A stretch of 55,895 bases of DNA from Sphingobacterium thalpophilum (GCA_945865415.1 CAMBFY010000001.1:1-55895), one strand, 5' to 3'. Positions 19,387 to 29,847 are shown, counted from the first letter of the stretch. A program made the numbers and translations. The notes: generated by a model from the letters alone, not told the origin.

Positions 19387-19778
19387 CCGCTCATGGCCGC
19401 GGGGGCCTAGTCCTTTTTCTCCAGGAAAAAAGGACCAAAACCCCGCCGCTGCGTCTGCTGCTTCGAAAGTCAGTATTAAGGCTTGGCTTCGCTCTACCGC
19501 ACCAGCCAAGGCGGAAAAGAAGGTTAACGGGGAGATATTACTTGGGCCAAAGTACATTCCTACTCCATCGGAATTTTTGTTTAGTAATGAATGTTTTTAG
19601 AAAACGCACTAGATTTTGATTTTACTACACAATTTCAAATGAACTAGGATTTTGCGCGGTGGGCTGAAAAAACGGCGGGTCGGGTGTTTTGCCTGTGGGG
19701 GGAAGCTTCGTTTTTTCTTGATTTTTTGGGTACTTTTTGATCAAGCAAAAAGTACCTTGCCTCCGCGGCTAAGAGCGG
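19387..19778. mobile_element. Non-autonomous MITE/REPIN-like element with ~54-bp imperfect terminal inverted repeats
   Basis: Left CCGCTCATGGCCGCGGGGGC versus reverse complement of right CCGCTCTTAGCCGCGGAGGC (17/20). Each arm carries an internal hairpin. Confidence 0.65.
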
Positions 19779-19835
19779 ACTAAATTACATTAATATTTCT
19801 TTGTTTCTAGATAGTGGATTGTTTCATAAAAAAGA

Positions 19836-20741
19836 TCAGATACCTTTTATTTTCTGTTTTGTAAGCCTCAGTATTCTCTGCCATAAACTCCCCTTGCGGG
19901 TTTTCAGAAAATCCTTAATTGCCAGATAAGCTTCTTTATTCTCCTCAATTTTTTCAGGAAAGGATGTTACTGGAAGTGGATTGATGATCACATGATAAAT
20001 ATCATTCAAGCCAGAATGAATTCCTGAACCGTCATGCCCAATATTATTGATCAGGGATTTTGAAGGATTCAATGTTAAACCACCTTTGAGAAATATGGAA
20101 GCATACCAGCGTATCGCCCATGAATTGTTCCTGCCTCGTTTAAATTCAATAATCTGTTTCCAGAAGTTCATGGTACCCTCAATGGAGAATTCATTTTTCT
20201 TTTTTCTGTCGAACCGGGCGATTATCTTATTAACATCAGGCTCGAAATCTCTCCAGGCCCTTTCCCATGTTGCCCAGCCCCAGCTTGTTGCAGCCCTGTA
20301 GAAAAAGGTTTCTGGTAGGTTTTCACCTTTCAGAGGATACATGTAAGCACCGATATGCATCACCTTTTCTTCATTTTGATATTGATGGAGAGCATCATTG
20401 AAATATTGCAGGGTGTATGCCGAACTTATCAAATCATCTTCAAAAGCTATGACTTTGCCATACTCAGAAACCAAGGTACTCACACCGTCAATAATAGACT
20501 CAGCAAGACCGAAATTAGTTTTCCGTTCAATGAGCTCAACAGATTTAAATCCATCAACCAGTCTGATAATTGCTCTAACTTCGTCCACTAAAAGTTGTTG
20601 AGAAGAATCTTTAGCCGCATCAGAAAAAATATAAAGCCGGGATTCATCCGCAAGCAAATTTTGCTGCAAAAACTTTATTGTCCGTCTGGTATGCTCCGGA
20701 CGATTATAAACGAATAAAGCTATAGGAGCAAAGTTCTGCAT
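19836..20741 (-). CDS. Glycosyltransferase (GT-A / GT2-like)
   Basis: APIALFVYNRPEH, FSDA, NFGLAESII, FEDD, SWGWATW, NIGHDGSG. Confidence 0.88.
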   Translation of the reverse strand: MQNFAPIALFVYNRPEHTRRTIKFLQQNLLADESRLYIFSDAAKDSSQQLLVDEVRAIIRLVDGFKSVELIERKTNFGLAESIIDGVSTLVSEYGKVIAFEDDLISSAYTLQYFNDALHQYQNEEKVMHIGAYMYPLKGENLPETFFYRAATSWGWATWERAWRDFEPDVNKIIARFDRKKKNEFSIEGTMNFWKQIIEFKRGRNNSWAIRWYASIFLKGGLTLNPSKSLINNIGHDGSGIHSGLNDIYHVIINPLPVTSFPEKIEENKEAYLAIKDFLKTRKGSLWQRILRLTKQKIKGI

Positions 20742-20817
20742 AGGATAATATTGAGTATTGAGTACGGAACTATTCTAGTAAAGTATATAAATTATATCCC
20801 CGACTGGCAACTGTCAA

Positions 20818-23112
20818 CTAAAAAAAATCCTTCTCCGCAAACCCCATCTGCCTTCCTTTATATCTCAATCGTATTGCTGCAACTTCTTCCTTTGAAACTT
20901 TATCAGCCGAATTAGCCCAAGAACCCCGGATATAGCTTAAAACCTGGGCAACATCCTCATCAGAAAAATTGGTATTAGAAGCAATTCCGGGCATCTCACC
21001 ACTAACCTCCGGAGACTTGTATAATTTTTTACTGACAGTTATTGGTCCGCCAAGTCCATAGAGAACAACAGCAGTAAGCCTTTTCTTGTCTCCTGTAACC
21101 CAATCTGAGTTATTAAGTGGTGGAGCAAGTCCATTCACTCCATTTCCATCAGCTCCATGGCAGGCTTGACAAATACTTTTGTATAAGGCAAGACCTTTTG
21201 GAAACTCTTTTACCGGATCGGGGGCATTACCTTTTTTCTTCGCCATATCATCGGCAATTTTCTTCAATCGTTTACTTAGAAAAAGACTCGTGTCCGGATT
21301 AATTCCGGTGAAATTTCTATAAAAAGCAAATTCCTTGTTTTGAAGATTACTGATAACCGCATCGGAAATAAATCTATCGGTAGCATACTTTCCAGAGAGA
21401 TTTAATAAAATTTTATCTGCTGCTGCGGTATCGAAGGTCTCAATGTATCGATTTAAAAAAGCGAGGTAGGGCGCCGCAAGAGTATCGTCATCATCAAGCA
21501 ATGAGATTAAAACCGGAAGAAAATCTTTATAATTCGCTCTAGTCAAAACAGATGGTAAAACAGTTAATGCCTGCACACGCAATGTCCAATCAGTACTTTT
21601 CAAAAGGGGCAATACATCATCCTTACCAAGAACTCCCAGACCTTCCATAGTCCAGAGCGCATGAACCCTGGCTAAATTATTTGATCTGGAGTTCAATAAC
21701 TGCCTCAAAGGGAAAGCCAGACTTTTATCTTTCCCATCAACCAAAACTTGCTGCGCTTTATTACGAACCCAACCATTTGAATCGGATAGCAAGGCAATCA
21801 GTTTTGTGGGATCCTGAGGAATTTTGACCGCCTTAGACTTCGTTTCCTTTGGCATTACTTTGTAAATACGACCATGATTAAGCGGTTGAGTCAGGTTTCT
21901 AGCTTTGATTTCGCTTTTAAGGTAAGGAGTTAGATAGGTTTTATGCTGGATGATTCCACGGTAGAAATCAACAACATATAAGGCACCATCCGGACCGGTA
22001 TTTAGATTCACAGGCCGGAACCGTTCATCAGTACTTGCCAGAAATTCGTGTCCGATATAAGCCTGATTACCCCTGACCAAGTTGCCCTCGTTACTCAAAA
22101 TATTTCGCTTGATAAGATTTGCAGATGGCTCTGCAACAAAGGCATTTCCATAATAATCAGGTCCAAACAAAGTACTGTTGAAAATTACTGGTCCACAGGC
22201 AGCGGTAAAATTAACCAGCTTCAAATTCTCATCGATAATCCCCTTTAGGTAGGCCCTGTTTACCCCGGTATTAGGTCTGATTGGATAAACTTTATTATTT
22301 TTAATGATGCTTTCTGAAAATCCGGCAAGCCTGGACTGATTCGGGTTTGTTGCTCCAAAACCGGGACTAAAATAATCACCCTGAAGATTTTCTGAGTTAT
22401 TGTTGTAAAATAGTCGGCCCTGATCATCCTGTGAAATTCCCCATTGTCCTCTAAAATGGGTTGTTTCAATTAACCATTTATTTTCAAGCTTTCTATATCT
22501 TTTGGTTGATTTAGCACTATATATCCAATTATCCAAAGCCCTGATTAAGCCATTAGGCTGATGCTCCACATTTCCACCTTCAGCGTAAGCAGCATCAACA
22601 AGCGTTTTTTTAACAGGCTGATCATTTTTAATCTCGTAAAACCAAAGTTTCGGAGATTCAGCGACAAGAATTCCATTTTCAATGAAACAAATAGCTCGGG
22701 GAAGCACCAGAGAATCGAGAAAAACCTTTCTTTCATCCATTCTCCCATCCCCGTTTTTGTCAGTCAATATCACAATCTTTCCAACCGGCAAATCTTCTCC
22801 TATACCTAAAGAATCAGGCATATAATTTTCCATTTCCACGACCCAAATCCTGCCTTTATCATCAAAACTTATAGCAACAGGTGAAGTTAAAAGCGGCTCT
22901 GTAGCAACAATATGAACTTGAAATCCCTTCTGGATCTGCATTTTCTTTATAGACTCCCTGGCAGTTAGCACTGGCGACTCAGAAAAGGCCTTTCTAATCG
23001 ATAGTGAATCAGCATAAAAATTCGAGTTTGATGATCTCTGCTGGGGGTTTCCACTGAATAGCTGCAGGTATATAATAAGCAGAAAAGGAATCGAAAATAA
23101 GACAGTCTTCAT
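20818..23112 (-). CDS. PVC-type heme-binding protein (membrane-bound-dehydrogenase-like propeller, HEAT repeats, cytochrome c)
   Basis: Signal peptide, EHQPNG, STDERFRPV..GPDGALYVVD.YRGIIQH, HALWTMEG, CQACH heme motif and MPG axial Met. Confidence 0.85.
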   Translation of the reverse strand: MKTVLFSIPFLLIIYLQLFSGNPQQRSSNSNFYADSLSIRKAFSESPVLTARESIKKMQIQKGFQVHIVATEPLLTSPVAISFDDKGRIWVVEMENYMPDSLGIGEDLPVGKIVILTDKNGDGRMDERKVFLDSLVLPRAICFIENGILVAESPKLWFYEIKNDQPVKKTLVDAAYAEGGNVEHQPNGLIRALDNWIYSAKSTKRYRKLENKWLIETTHFRGQWGISQDDQGRLFYNNNSENLQGDYFSPGFGATNPNQSRLAGFSESIIKNNKVYPIRPNTGVNRAYLKGIIDENLKLVNFTAACGPVIFNSTLFGPDYYGNAFVAEPSANLIKRNILSNEGNLVRGNQAYIGHEFLASTDERFRPVNLNTGPDGALYVVDFYRGIIQHKTYLTPYLKSEIKARNLTQPLNHGRIYKVMPKETKSKAVKIPQDPTKLIALLSDSNGWVRNKAQQVLVDGKDKSLAFPLRQLLNSRSNNLARVHALWTMEGLGVLGKDDVLPLLKSTDWTLRVQALTVLPSVLTRANYKDFLPVLISLLDDDDTLAAPYLAFLNRYIETFDTAAADKILLNLSGKYATDRFISDAVISNLQNKEFAFYRNFTGINPDTSLFLSKRLKKIADDMAKKKGNAPDPVKEFPKGLALYKSICQACHGADGNGVNGLAPPLNNSDWVTGDKKRLTAVVLYGLGGPITVSKKLYKSPEVSGEMPGIASNTNFSDEDVAQVLSYIRGSWANSADKVSKEEVAAIRLRYKGRQMGFAEKDFF

Positions 23113-23130
23113 AAAATAATTTATTTTGAA

Positions 23131-23907
23131 TTAATGACTGAAAATATCCAGATCACCATTCTTCCTTAAAAATAGGGTATACGCATTGGTAAAAGATTCC
23201 TTCCTCCTGCGACCAAATAACGAGACAATCAATTTTTTGATAAAGTACTCAACATCAATTCGAAGAGAATTCAACAGACTTTTAGCTTTCCCCTGATTGA
23301 CAAAGGTATTGAATTTAGTAACTTCCGGTTCAATTAACGAAGTCTTATCAGCGAGCACTTCAAAACCTTCCGACTGAACTAAGAACCGCACTGAGCTGGG
23401 CGTATACATATTAATATGCCCATAATTTAAAAAATGCTTCATTCTTTTATCTACACCAAAACGATAATCGCAAGGGACTTCAATGACCACATATTTGGAT
23501 ACCCTTTTTATCTCACGTAACAACATCCGTTCAAACTCCACATGCTCAAGTACATGGGCCAGAATTACAAGATCAAATTCATTATCAGCGAAAGGGATAT
23601 GATATCCATCAAAAACACTCACCGACTTTAAACTTTGCAGTTTTCTCGAATTGATCTGATCTAAACCACTTTGAGATATCTCCAAAGCATGAATTTCAGG
23701 AAAAATATTCATCGCATCCAGGTGTCGCAAAATACTTCCATCACCGGCCCCAACTTCGAGAACCTTTTTAAATTCATATCCCCTGCAAACATCCAAAATG
23801 TTTAAAGCCTTGTACTTAGCACCCAGCATTCTCCATTGCTCATCACGTCCCAGATAAAAATCATCATAGGCGCTTTTTATATCAGCACTTAAAATCTCAT
23901 TACTCAT
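23131..23907 (-). CDS. Class I SAM-dependent methyltransferase; start reassigned to ATG 23907
   Basis: VLEVGAGDG, FDLVILAHVLEH. ATG lies 1 bp after the upstream stop. Confidence 0.88.
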   Translation of the reverse strand: MSNEILSADIKSAYDDFYLGRDEQWRMLGAKYKALNILDVCRGYEFKKVLEVGAGDGSILRHLDAMNIFPEIHALEISQSGLDQINSRKLQSLKSVSVFDGYHIPFADNEFDLVILAHVLEHVEFERMLLREIKRVSKYVVIEVPCDYRFGVDKRMKHFLNYGHINMYTPSSVRFLVQSEGFEVLADKTSLIEPEVTKFNTFVNQGKAKSLLNSLRIDVEYFIKKLIVSLFGRRRKESFTNAYTLFLRKNGDLDIFSH

Positions 23908-23908
23908 G

Positions 23909-24553
23909 CTAAATAAACAGGCAATTATTGTCTTTATAAAATATTGATGTAGACTTACGATAAAATAGGCCGGGTGAGATTCCACTGAATGATAATTCAC
24001 GGAATCCCTCCTTCTTAAAGAAACTGACCGCGTCAGCATAAGTTTCACGTTCTGAATCATCAAGCACTATTACGCCCGATTCACTAAGTGCCCCAATAGA
24101 ATGAAAACAGCAGTTCACTCTATCGCGGCCATCAACTATTATGATGTCGAATTTTTGACCCATACTTTCGGGCATTTTGCTGTAATCTCCATTTTTCTGC
24201 AGTTCGCAGAATATCATCTCGGAATTCATGGGTTTGGATTCAGAGATTTTATCGTACCATGCCTTATCATGTTCTACACTAACAACCATCTTCGCACGCT
24301 GAGCATAATAGAATGTTGAATTACCCGACCCAAATTCAAAAATGGTATGACTCTTTTGAATACGGTCAGCAATAAAGTCAATGAACGAATAAGTAACCCA
24401 TGGAATTGGTTCTGAATTATGGTTAATTGGCGATTTGGTATCAAAAGCTTTGAACCAGCCAACTTCTGTTAAATAACCTTTCACTCCAAATGAGAGTAAG
24501 GTTTTTATTCGTGAGCGTTTTAGTAAACTAGTGTAAGATTCTGTCCTTTTCAA
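23909..24553 (-). CDS. SAM-dependent methyltransferase (FkbM / Methyltransf_24-like)
   Basis: PIPWVTY, FEFGSGNST, SVEHD..WY, IVDGRDR, VLDDS; TTG start coupled to the flippase stop. Confidence 0.82.
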   Translation of the reverse strand: MKRTESYTSLLKRSRIKTLLSFGVKGYLTEVGWFKAFDTKSPINHNSEPIPWVTYSFIDFIADRIQKSHTIFEFGSGNSTFYYAQRAKMVVSVEHDKAWYDKISESKPMNSEMIFCELQKNGDYSKMPESMGQKFDIIIVDGRDRVNCCFHSIGALSESGVIVLDDSERETYADAVSFFKKEGFRELSFSGISPGLFYRKSTSIFYKDNNCLFI

Positions 24554-25875
24554 CGTTTTGCGATTTTTTGAAAGAGTGAGATTAAAAATAAAGATTTCAG
24601 CATGTTTATTCCTTGTTTTCTTGTTTCAGGGAATACAAGGATAAAAAAAGTAGCAGAAAAGTAAGCAATTAAAGTAGCAAAGGCCGCTCCCTGAAGTCCG
24701 TATAAAGGAATCCAAAAAAAGCCCAATACAATGTTGACCAAAGCTCCCGCTGCAGTACGATAAAGTGAAAACCGGGTATATCCTTCGGCAACCAAATATT
24801 GACCACTTGCACTGCCCAGAAAAACAAAAACGCCGGCCCATATATGAATGGTTAATATTTTTGCACCTTCTGCAAACTCTGCAGCATAAAAATATTGATA
24901 AATAAAAGTGGAAGCAAAGCTCATGAATACTGCAATACTCATACTAATTAATACCATCAGATCATACATATCGGTCAGTCTTTTCTGATAGCGCAGTTGA
25001 TCATCCCGGCGGGCATTCATAATAGCCGGAAATACTGATGTAACGATTGCAACAGGAATAAAATACCAGCTTTCACTCCAGTTGACCACCGTTGAATAAA
25101 TTCCAAGGGCTCCAACACCAAGAAAAATTTCTACCATAAGTTGCCCTATTTTCATATAAACAGTTACCAGAATGGCAGAAAATGCAAGTGGCCATGAATG
25201 TTTTAACAGATATCTGGCAAGACTCCCTTTATACTCCCACTCTTCAGTATGGTTTCCTTTCGCTCTGTAAGCTATCAGATACCCTAATGCCAAAATTGCA
25301 GCATCGCTGAGTAAAGTCCAGATAAACCAAATTAAAGGAGCAGAAACAAAAATCAATATAAGTTTGATGCCTGCCGACAAAAGATTTCCCGTCACCTGAA
25401 CCATCATTACATATTTCCCCTGAACCCGGGATTGAAAATAACTATCGATTATAGACAATGATTGTGTAATACCGATACAGGAAGCAATTAGAATATAACT
25501 GACAGGTATATCGCCGTTGCTTCCTCTAAAAAGAGTATAAATTAACCAGGTAAGTGGAACAATAATGATCCCGGCCAAAAGCCGCATTCGAAAAGCAGTA
25601 CCCAGAAGCTTATTCTTTTTTTCGGGCTGTGAAATAAGTTCACGGGTTACGAATCCATCGAGTCCGAGTGCCGCGGCTGCCAGAAAAAAGGTTACAAAAA
25701 CAATCGGGTAATTAAGTATTCCATTCGCAGTCTTTCCAAGATAATTGGCAACAGCAATACCCGCTAGAATTTTAATACCTAAACTCCCCACTCTGGCAAG
25801 GAACAACCAGCCGGTGTTCTTTAGGTACTTACTAAAAGCTTGCTGGTCAAATCCGGGTACAACTGGAAACTTCAT
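24550..25875 (-). CDS. Wzx-type polysaccharide flippase; start reassigned to ATG 25875
   Basis: KNTGWLF, LGLD..VTREL, SWPL, GIYS..V..SE, SVFPAI; MOP-superfamily TM pattern. Confidence 0.9.
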   Translation of the reverse strand: MKFPVVPGFDQQAFSKYLKNTGWLFLARVGSLGIKILAGIAVANYLGKTANGILNYPIVFVTFFLAAAALGLDGFVTRELISQPEKKNKLLGTAFRMRLLAGIIIVPLTWLIYTLFRGSNGDIPVSYILIASCIGITQSLSIIDSYFQSRVQGKYVMMVQVTGNLLSAGIKLILIFVSAPLIWFIWTLLSDAAILALGYLIAYRAKGNHTEEWEYKGSLARYLLKHSWPLAFSAILVTVYMKIGQLMVEIFLGVGALGIYSTVVNWSESWYFIPVAIVTSVFPAIMNARRDDQLRYQKRLTDMYDLMVLISMSIAVFMSFASTFIYQYFYAAEFAEGAKILTIHIWAGVFVFLGSASGQYLVAEGYTRFSLYRTAAGALVNIVLGFFWIPLYGLQGAAFATLIAYFSATFFILVFPETRKQGINMLKSLFLISLFQKIAKR

Positions 25876-25892
25876 CAAAACAAATATAATAG

Positions 25893-25917
25893 AAAAGCCC
25901 CGGATTAAATCCGGGGC
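25893..25917 (-). terminator. Intrinsic terminator of typA
   Basis: Minus strand GCCCCGGAT-TTA-ATCCGGGGC followed by TTTT. Confidence 0.75.
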
Positions 25918-25950
25918 CAATTCTTCTATTTTCTAAAAAAATTTACTTTA

Positions 25951-27762
25951 TTATTGATTCACAAATTTCTTTGCATTGATTTTACGCTCATTTTCAGTAA
26001 GATAAATTTTGCGTAGGCGCATACTTTTCGGAGTTATTTCAATGTACTCATCAGCCTGAATATATTCCATTGCTTCTTCCAGTGAAAATTTAACTGCAGT
26101 AGCGATACGTGCATTATCATCTGTACCTGATGCACGCATATTGGTCAGGGCTTTACCCTTAACAACATTTACAACCAGGTCGTTGTCACGAATATGTTCA
26201 CCCATGATCTGTCCTTCGTAGACTTCAACACCCGGCTCAATGAAAAAGCGACCACGATCCTGCAATTTATCAATTGAATATGCTGTGGTTGAACCTTTCT
26301 CCATTGAAACCAAAACACCATTAAGACGACCAGGGATAATACCCTTCCATGGCTCATAAGCTTTAAATCGGTGAGCCATAATTGCCTCACCAGCAGTGGC
26401 CGTCAAAACGTTATTGCGGAGTCCGATGATACCACGTGCCGGAATTTCGAATTCAAGGTGCTGAAGGTCTCCTTTAGGCTCCATGATAAGTAGTTCACCC
26501 TTCCGCTGGGTTACTAATTCAATCACTTTACCGGAAACTTCTGCAGGTACATCCACGATAAGTGTTTCAATCGGCTCACACTTCTGTCCGTCAATTTCCT
26601 TAATGATAACCTGAGGTTGTCCAACCTGGAGTTCATAGCCTTCACGACGCATAGTTTCGATGAGAACCGACAAGTGTAGAATTCCACGGCCATAAACCAG
26701 GTAAGAATCCGGCGAATTAGTTTCTACAACCTTCAGTGCCAGATTTTTTTCCATCTCTTTATAAAGACGCTCACGCAAACGCTGTGAGGTTACAAATTTC
26801 CCTTCTTTTCCAAACATTGGTGAATTGTTGATCGTAAACAACATATTCATGGTTGGCTCATCAATTTTAATTACTTCCAGCTGCTCCGGCTTTTCGAAAT
26901 CTGCAATTGTATCACCAATATCAAAACCCTCAATACCTACAACTGCACAAATATCGCCTGATGAAACTTCCTGAACGCGCACCTTTCCTAATCCCTCAAA
27001 AGTATAAAGTTCCTTTATTCTTGATTTTTGTATAGTTCCATCACGTTTAACCAGAGAAACAGGCTGATTTTCTTTGATCAGACCTCTTGCAACACGCCCA
27101 ATCGCAATACGACCTACAAATGATGAATAATCCAATGATGTAATTTGCATCTGTAGAGTTCCATCAAAACTTGGTGCAGGAGGAATGTGCTGTAAAATTG
27201 TATCCAGTAAAGGCGTAATATCTTCAGTCTGCACTTTCCAGTCTTCACTCATCCAACCCTGCTTTGATGAACCATATAAAACCGGGAAATCAAGCTGATC
27301 TTCAGTAGCCTCTAGATTGAAAAATAATTCAAAAATTGATTCATATACCTCTTCCGGCCGACAATTTTCTTTATCCACCTTATTCACAATAACCACCGGT
27401 TTTAGTCCGAGTGAAAGTGCCTTCTGTGTCACGAAACGGGTTTGAGGCATTGCGCCTTCAAAGGCATCAACTAACAGAATAACTCCATCAGCCATTTTCA
27501 ATACCCGTTCAACCTCGCCACCAAAATCGGCGTGGCCGGGAGTATCAATAATATTAATTTTGACACCCTTATAGTTTACAGAAACATTCTTTGAAACAAT
27601 GGTAATACCACGTTCACGTTCAAGATCGTTGTTATCCAAAATCAGATCCCCCGTATCCTGATTATCACGGAACAAATTAGTTTGATGTAAAATTTTATCA
27701 ACCAATGTAGTTTTACCGTGGTCAACGTGAGCGATGATCGCTATATTTCTTATTTTTTGCAT
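25951..27762 (-). CDS. typA: Translational GTPase TypA/BipA
   Basis: [40 protein letters not shown]. Confidence 0.98.
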   Translation of the reverse strand: MQKIRNIAIIAHVDHGKTTLVDKILHQTNLFRDNQDTGDLILDNNDLERERGITIVSKNVSVNYKGVKINIIDTPGHADFGGEVERVLKMADGVILLVDAFEGAMPQTRFVTQKALSLGLKPVVIVNKVDKENCRPEEVYESIFELFFNLEATEDQLDFPVLYGSSKQGWMSEDWKVQTEDITPLLDTILQHIPPAPSFDGTLQMQITSLDYSSFVGRIAIGRVARGLIKENQPVSLVKRDGTIQKSRIKELYTFEGLGKVRVQEVSSGDICAVVGIEGFDIGDTIADFEKPEQLEVIKIDEPTMNMLFTINNSPMFGKEGKFVTSQRLRERLYKEMEKNLALKVVETNSPDSYLVYGRGILHLSVLIETMRREGYELQVGQPQVIIKEIDGQKCEPIETLIVDVPAEVSGKVIELVTQRKGELLIMEPKGDLQHLEFEIPARGIIGLRNNVLTATAGEAIMAHRFKAYEPWKGIIPGRLNGVLVSMEKGSTTAYSIDKLQDRGRFFIEPGVEVYEGQIMGEHIRDNDLVVNVVKGKALTNMRASGTDDNARIATAVKFSLEEAMEYIQADEYIEITPKSMRLRKIYLTENERKINAKKFVNQ

Positions 27763-27786
27763 TAAAAAACTAACTTAAATTTTTTG

Positions 27787-27794
27787 CAAAGGTA
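27787..27794 (-). promoter_or_regulatory. Primary-sigma -7 element of typA
   Basis: TACCTTTG on the minus strand, 24 bp upstream of the ATG. Confidence 0.6.
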
Positions 27795-28020
27795 GGATTT
27801 AATAAGCAGATTTTTACATTATGTTATAGTTAAGGAACATAAAACCTTGGTAATCAATATACTTTTAAAAGGTAGATTTTCCCTGAAGGGGATTATTAGC
27901 AGAATCGAGTAGTATTTTAACTAAAATCTCTTGCAAAATAAATTAACAAATCATTATAATACCCTGCTTAATTTACTGTCGACTGACGAGCGAACAACAG
28001 ATATTTTGTACTTTTAACTT

Positions 28021-28182
28021 ATGAATTTGCAGTTTCTTTTAGTTATTCTGGTATTCCTTCTGGCGATTATTTATATCGGCCGAATGTTGTATAAAAGTAT
28101 ATCCAGTAAAAAAGGTTGTGCCAGCAATTGCGGTAAATGTGCAGCAGATTTTAATGGACTTAAGTTTCCGGAAAAATCTTAG
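28021..28182 (+). CDS. FeoB-associated Cys-rich small membrane protein (53 aa; not in the ORF track)
   Basis: Manual translation MNLQFLLVILVFLLAIIYIGRMLYKSISSKKGCASNCGKCAADFNGLKFPEKS*: one TM plus CxxxCxxC. Confidence 0.8.
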   Translation: MNLQFLLVILVFLLAIIYIGRMLYKSISSKKGCASNCGKCAADFNGLKFPEKS

Positions 28183-28667
28183 GTGTTTTGATCTTTCTCT
28201 ATTAAACAAACCGCATATGCAACCAAGCCTTCTTTTCTTCCAATAAAGCCCATCGTTTCATTTGTAGTTGCTTTTATAGAGATATCATCTTCTGTAATAC
28301 CTGCAGCCTCAGATATCTTTATCTTCATTTCAGGAATATGTGGATTTATTTTGGGAGACTCCAGACACAGCATTGCATCGATATTTCCAACATTCCAGCC
28401 TTTTTGATTGAGTAATTTGACGCATTCTTTCAAAAGAATGAGACTACTAATGCCTTTCCAGCGATCATCAGTATTAGAAAAATGATAGCCAATGTCTCGT
28501 AGATTTGCCGCACCCAAAAGTGCATCACAAATTGCATGTACAAGAACATCAGCATCGGAATGCCCGAAAGCTCCGGAATGATGTTCTAATTTAACTCCTC
28601 CCAGAATGAATGGATGATTATCAACTAATTGGTGTACATCGAACCCAAATCCTACTCTGATCTTCAT
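28179..28667 (-). CDS. ispF: 2-C-methyl-D-erythritol 2,4-cyclodiphosphate synthase
   Basis: GFGFDVH, GHSDADV..HAICDALLGA, KATTNE.MGF.GR.EG. Confidence 0.97.
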   Translation of the reverse strand: MKIRVGFGFDVHQLVDNHPFILGGVKLEHHSGAFGHSDADVLVHAICDALLGAANLRDIGYHFSNTDDRWKGISSLILLKECVKLLNQKGWNVGNIDAMLCLESPKINPHIPEMKIKISEAAGITEDDISIKATTNETMGFIGRKEGLVAYAVCLIEKDQNT

Positions 28668-28671
28668 TAGT

Positions 28672-29847
28672 TTACTTCTCGAAATTAAATACCAGTGAAA
28701 AACGCAGTGTTTGTGCTAAAGGACTGGTTTGTTGGTTTGCCAGTAAATAAGCAAAATCAAGATTAAATACATTGTATTTTAAACCAGCACCTAAAGAGAG
28801 GTATCTTCTGTCGCCTTTTGTGGGTGCCTCATAGAAATAACCAGAACGAAGTGCAAATTGCTTATTGTACCAGTACTCAGTTCCAAGAGAAAAGCTGATC
28901 TCACTTAATTCTTCAGAAAAACCACCCGGCGCGTCACTAAATGAACCAAAAATTGCTGTTGGCACAGAACGGTCTGGATCCTTTCCATCAATAATGTTTC
29001 CATTAATATCCCGGATTGGATTGGTTGGAACAAGTAATTTATTCATGTCTAGAGCCACTGTAAAATGATTCAATTGATCAAAAAGAAAAGTAGTGGCAGC
29101 ACCAAGCTTCATGTTAGCAGGAAGAAAGGATTTAGAGCCTCCTTCAGAATAACTCATTTTTGTACCAATATTGGACAGATTCAAGCCTAATGCAAGCTCT
29201 GCATCCTTACCTAAAAAGACAGTTCCTGTTCTGTAATATGCTGAAGCATCTGCTGCAATTGCGGTTGCAGGCTGGATATCCTGTCCATTAAATTGACCAT
29301 TACTCAGGCTAGAGCGGATATACCTCAAAGCAGTTCCTAAAGAAAAACCTTCACCAAATCTTCTGGAAAAAGAGCCTTCAACAGAGAATTCATTCGGACT
29401 ATATACTCCTATGTCATTTTGGCTATTGTCCGTAAGTTGAATAGAACCATAAGAAAAGTACCTTAATGCACCACCAATTGTGTTTCTATCATCCAGACGA
29501 TGATACATGCTTAAATATCCAAGATCAACATCCGGAACCAGATTACGAAGCCATGGTGTATAGGAAGCAGATAGTCCGGTTGGTTTTTCAAGAAAGGCCA
29601 GTTTGGCGGGATTCCAGTGCATCGAATTTGCATCGGGTGATAGTGCAACACCAACATCACCCATAGCACCTGAACGGGCATCTGGTGTGATTAATAAAAA
29701 TGGAGCCGCTGTTTGTATAGTGTTTGTTCTCCTTCCATCTGATTGGGTAGGCTGAGCCATAACCACCATAGGGAAGGAGATAACTAAAACAGCAAAATAA
29801 CCACAAAACGAAAATTTGTTAACCATTAATTTAAAAAATTCAACCAA
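28672..29847 (-). CDS. porV: Type IX secretion system outer-membrane shuttle PorV (start may be ATG 29826)
   Basis: TAAPFLLITPDARSGAMGD, WNPAK, YTPWL, KGDRRY, PLAQTLRFSL; porV-ispF synteny. Confidence 0.92.
   Translation of the reverse strand: MVEFFKLMVNKFSFCGYFAVLVISFPMVVMAQPTQSDGRRTNTIQTAAPFLLITPDARSGAMGDVGVALSPDANSMHWNPAKLAFLEKPTGLSASYTPWLRNLVPDVDLGYLSMYHRLDDRNTIGGALRYFSYGSIQLTDNSQNDIGVYSPNEFSVEGSFSRRFGEGFSLGTALRYIRSSLSNGQFNGQDIQPATAIAADASAYYRTGTVFLGKDAELALGLNLSNIGTKMSYSEGGSKSFLPANMKLGAATTFLFDQLNHFTVALDMNKLLVPTNPIRDINGNIIDGKDPDRSVPTAIFGSFSDAPGGFSEELSEISFSLGTEYWYNKQFALRSGYFYEAPTKGDRRYLSLGAGLKYNVFNLDFAYLLANQQTSPLAQTLRFSLVFNFEK

Noticed and set aside
19358-19600. ORFs 19358-19600 (+) and 19363-19557 (-)
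   Set aside because: Both lie within the inverted-repeat element and have no recognisable domain.
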